From contig OZ253553.1 in NCBI GenBank assembly GCA_965262715.1, forward strand, positions 2,560,001 through 2,624,000: DNA of 64,000 nucleotides, in the 5' to 3' direction. Numbering within the stretch: position 1 is the first letter of the stretch; every line of letters begins with the position of its first letter. The notes under the pieces were generated by a model that had not been told where the DNA came from, did not search any database, and worked only from the letters and a program-made list of their open reading frames with translations. A program made the position numbers and the translations under genes. The stretch comes from Bdellovibrionales bacterium. GTDB taxonomy: Bacteria > Bdellovibrionota > Bdellovibrionia > Bdellovibrionales > JAUICD01. Shown here one piece after another: positions 62,800-64,000 of the stretch.

Positions 62800-63093
62800 A
62801 TGAAAAAATTTAAAACTTATCAGTTAGCAATTCAATTTTATCGTAATTCTAATAAATTATATTTAAAAGAACCTCTTAGAAATCAATTTCAAAGAGCTTC
62901 TCTAAGCATTGTGCTTAATTTAGCCGAGGGCACCGCAAAACCAACAGCTAAAGACCGTAGGAAGTTCTACAGAACAAGCCTTGGATCACTTAGGGAAATT
63001 CAAGCAATATTGGAGATTGTTAATGATCAAAAGTTAATCAAAGAAGCTGATCAATTAGGTGCTTATCTTTATAAGTTATGTCAGAATACATAA
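62800..63093 (+). CDS. Four helix bundle protein, paralog of 796..1095
   Basis: QFQRASLSIVLNLAEG; GGAG RBS. Confidence 0.9.
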   Translation: MKKFKTYQLAIQFYRNSNKLYLKEPLRNQFQRASLSIVLNLAEGTAKPTAKDRRKFYRTSLGSLREIQAILEIVNDQKLIKEADQLGAYLYKLCQNT

Positions 63094-63209
63094 TCTATTT
63101 ATGGGTAAAACTTATCTGACAATCGGTTCCCTGATACTGCTTGCCTGAATGCCGGAATGCCAGAGAAAAAAGAGGTGGATAGGTACAATATCCACCCTTA
63201 AGAGATAGC

Positions 63210-63600
63210 TGTCTCACTTAAAATAAACTAGCCTCTGGCTATTTTTTGGCAGTTAGCCTGAAGATTTACATCTTCAAGAAAATGCTAACTGCCTCAAAAA
63301 TCCGTTTATTTTTAGTAGAAAGGATATTCTTGTTTATTTACTACATGTTAAGGAAATGTAAAGGAAAAGCGGATGGGTACAATCATCCGCCTTTCAAAGA
63401 GATAGTTGTCTCACTTAAAATAAACTGGTCTCTGACCATTTTTGGACAGTTAGCCTGAAGGTTTACACCTTCAGAAAATGCTAACTGCCTCAAAAATCCG
63501 TTTATTTTTAGTAGAAAGGATATTCTTGTTTATTTACTACATGTTAAGGAAATGTAAAGGAAAAGCGGATGGGTACAATCATCCGCCTTTCAAAGAGATA
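63210..63600 (+). repeat. Two tandem family A elements (~197-bp period)
   Basis: Near-identical to 62570-62710, separated by GGATGGGTACAATCATCC hairpin linkers. Confidence 0.85.
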
Positions 63601-63628
63601 AAAAATGATCTGTTAAGATCTTATATGT

Positions 63629-63997
63629 TTAAGTTTTGGCAACTTGCAAATTGCAAGAAGATTTAAATGTATCCCAATTGATAGTCTCACACCTTAATGG
63701 CTGATCGTTCTCTAATGTCACTCTCACTGTGCAAAAATAAACTCTGTATTTACTAAACTTGGTGCTACTTTGTAAATCATTGCACAATTTAGAAGCGTCC
63801 CTACCTCTGAAAAGTCCACAAGAGGCTTGGCAAACATTAAAAAACTCTTCTTTACTTCCTACAGAATTCGTTTTTTCAATATAATCTGTATCAAGTCGGT
63901 ATTGTGCATAAAATACCTTTTGTGCTTTTTCTGTATCTAACTTTAAATTTGTAGATAATAGCTTCTTATCTGCTCTTTCAGTAGCTTCAAGCATCAT
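63629..63997 (-). CDS. Hypothetical Cys-containing protein, probably 5' partial at the window edge
   Basis: Open frame running to the end of the window; no recognised motif. Confidence 0.45.
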   Translation of the reverse strand: MMLEATERADKKLLSTNLKLDTEKAQKVFYAQYRLDTDYIEKTNSVGSKEEFFNVCQASCGLFRGRDASKLCNDLQSSTKFSKYRVYFCTVRVTLENDQPLRCETINWDTFKSSCNLQVAKT

Positions 63998-64000
63998 AAG

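Noticed and set aside
63246..63666. ORFs 63246..63458 and 63478..63666, also 1877..2182
   Set aside because: Read through family A repeats or overlap lepB out of frame.

Overview
AT-rich bacterial chromosome segment, probably Bdellovibrionota (inferred from the look of lepB, the VWA lipoprotein and the Gld-type ABC genes; not verified). Housekeeping blocks are infC, lepB, TPR-lolB-like, a pan/coa cluster, gldAFG-like ABC, purB, purF, purL, rpsR, rpmB, rplX and glpX. The centrepiece (29.5-48.4 kb) is a two-effector type V CRISPR-Cas locus on the minus strand: cas12a (1407 aa), a decayed ecsC-like gene, tfoX-N, a divergent 1334-aa Cas12a2/Cms1-related nuclease (Smithella-like clade, recently called Cas12a3), an intact ecsC-like gene, then cas4, cas1 and cas2. 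An Rpn nuclease with an internal small ORF separates these genes from a plus-strand array of 59 intact 36-bp Cas12a-type repeats. An EcsC-family gene follows each effector, and the intact copy overlaps both the Cas12a3-like gene and cas4, which makes it a candidate new accessory gene. At the trailer end, four repeats are split at the same base by a structured non-coding element; one insertion has a 9-bp target duplication. More than ten copies of that element occur in the window with compensatory stem changes. Other accessory content: four-helix-bundle gene cassettes, a second structured motif, a decayed IS30, small MITEs, a Fic gene between 72-bp repeats, an orphan MvaI/BcnI nuclease, two decayed TA-like pairs and a candidate sigma54 sRNA. 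All family calls come from motif recognition by eye, not database searches.
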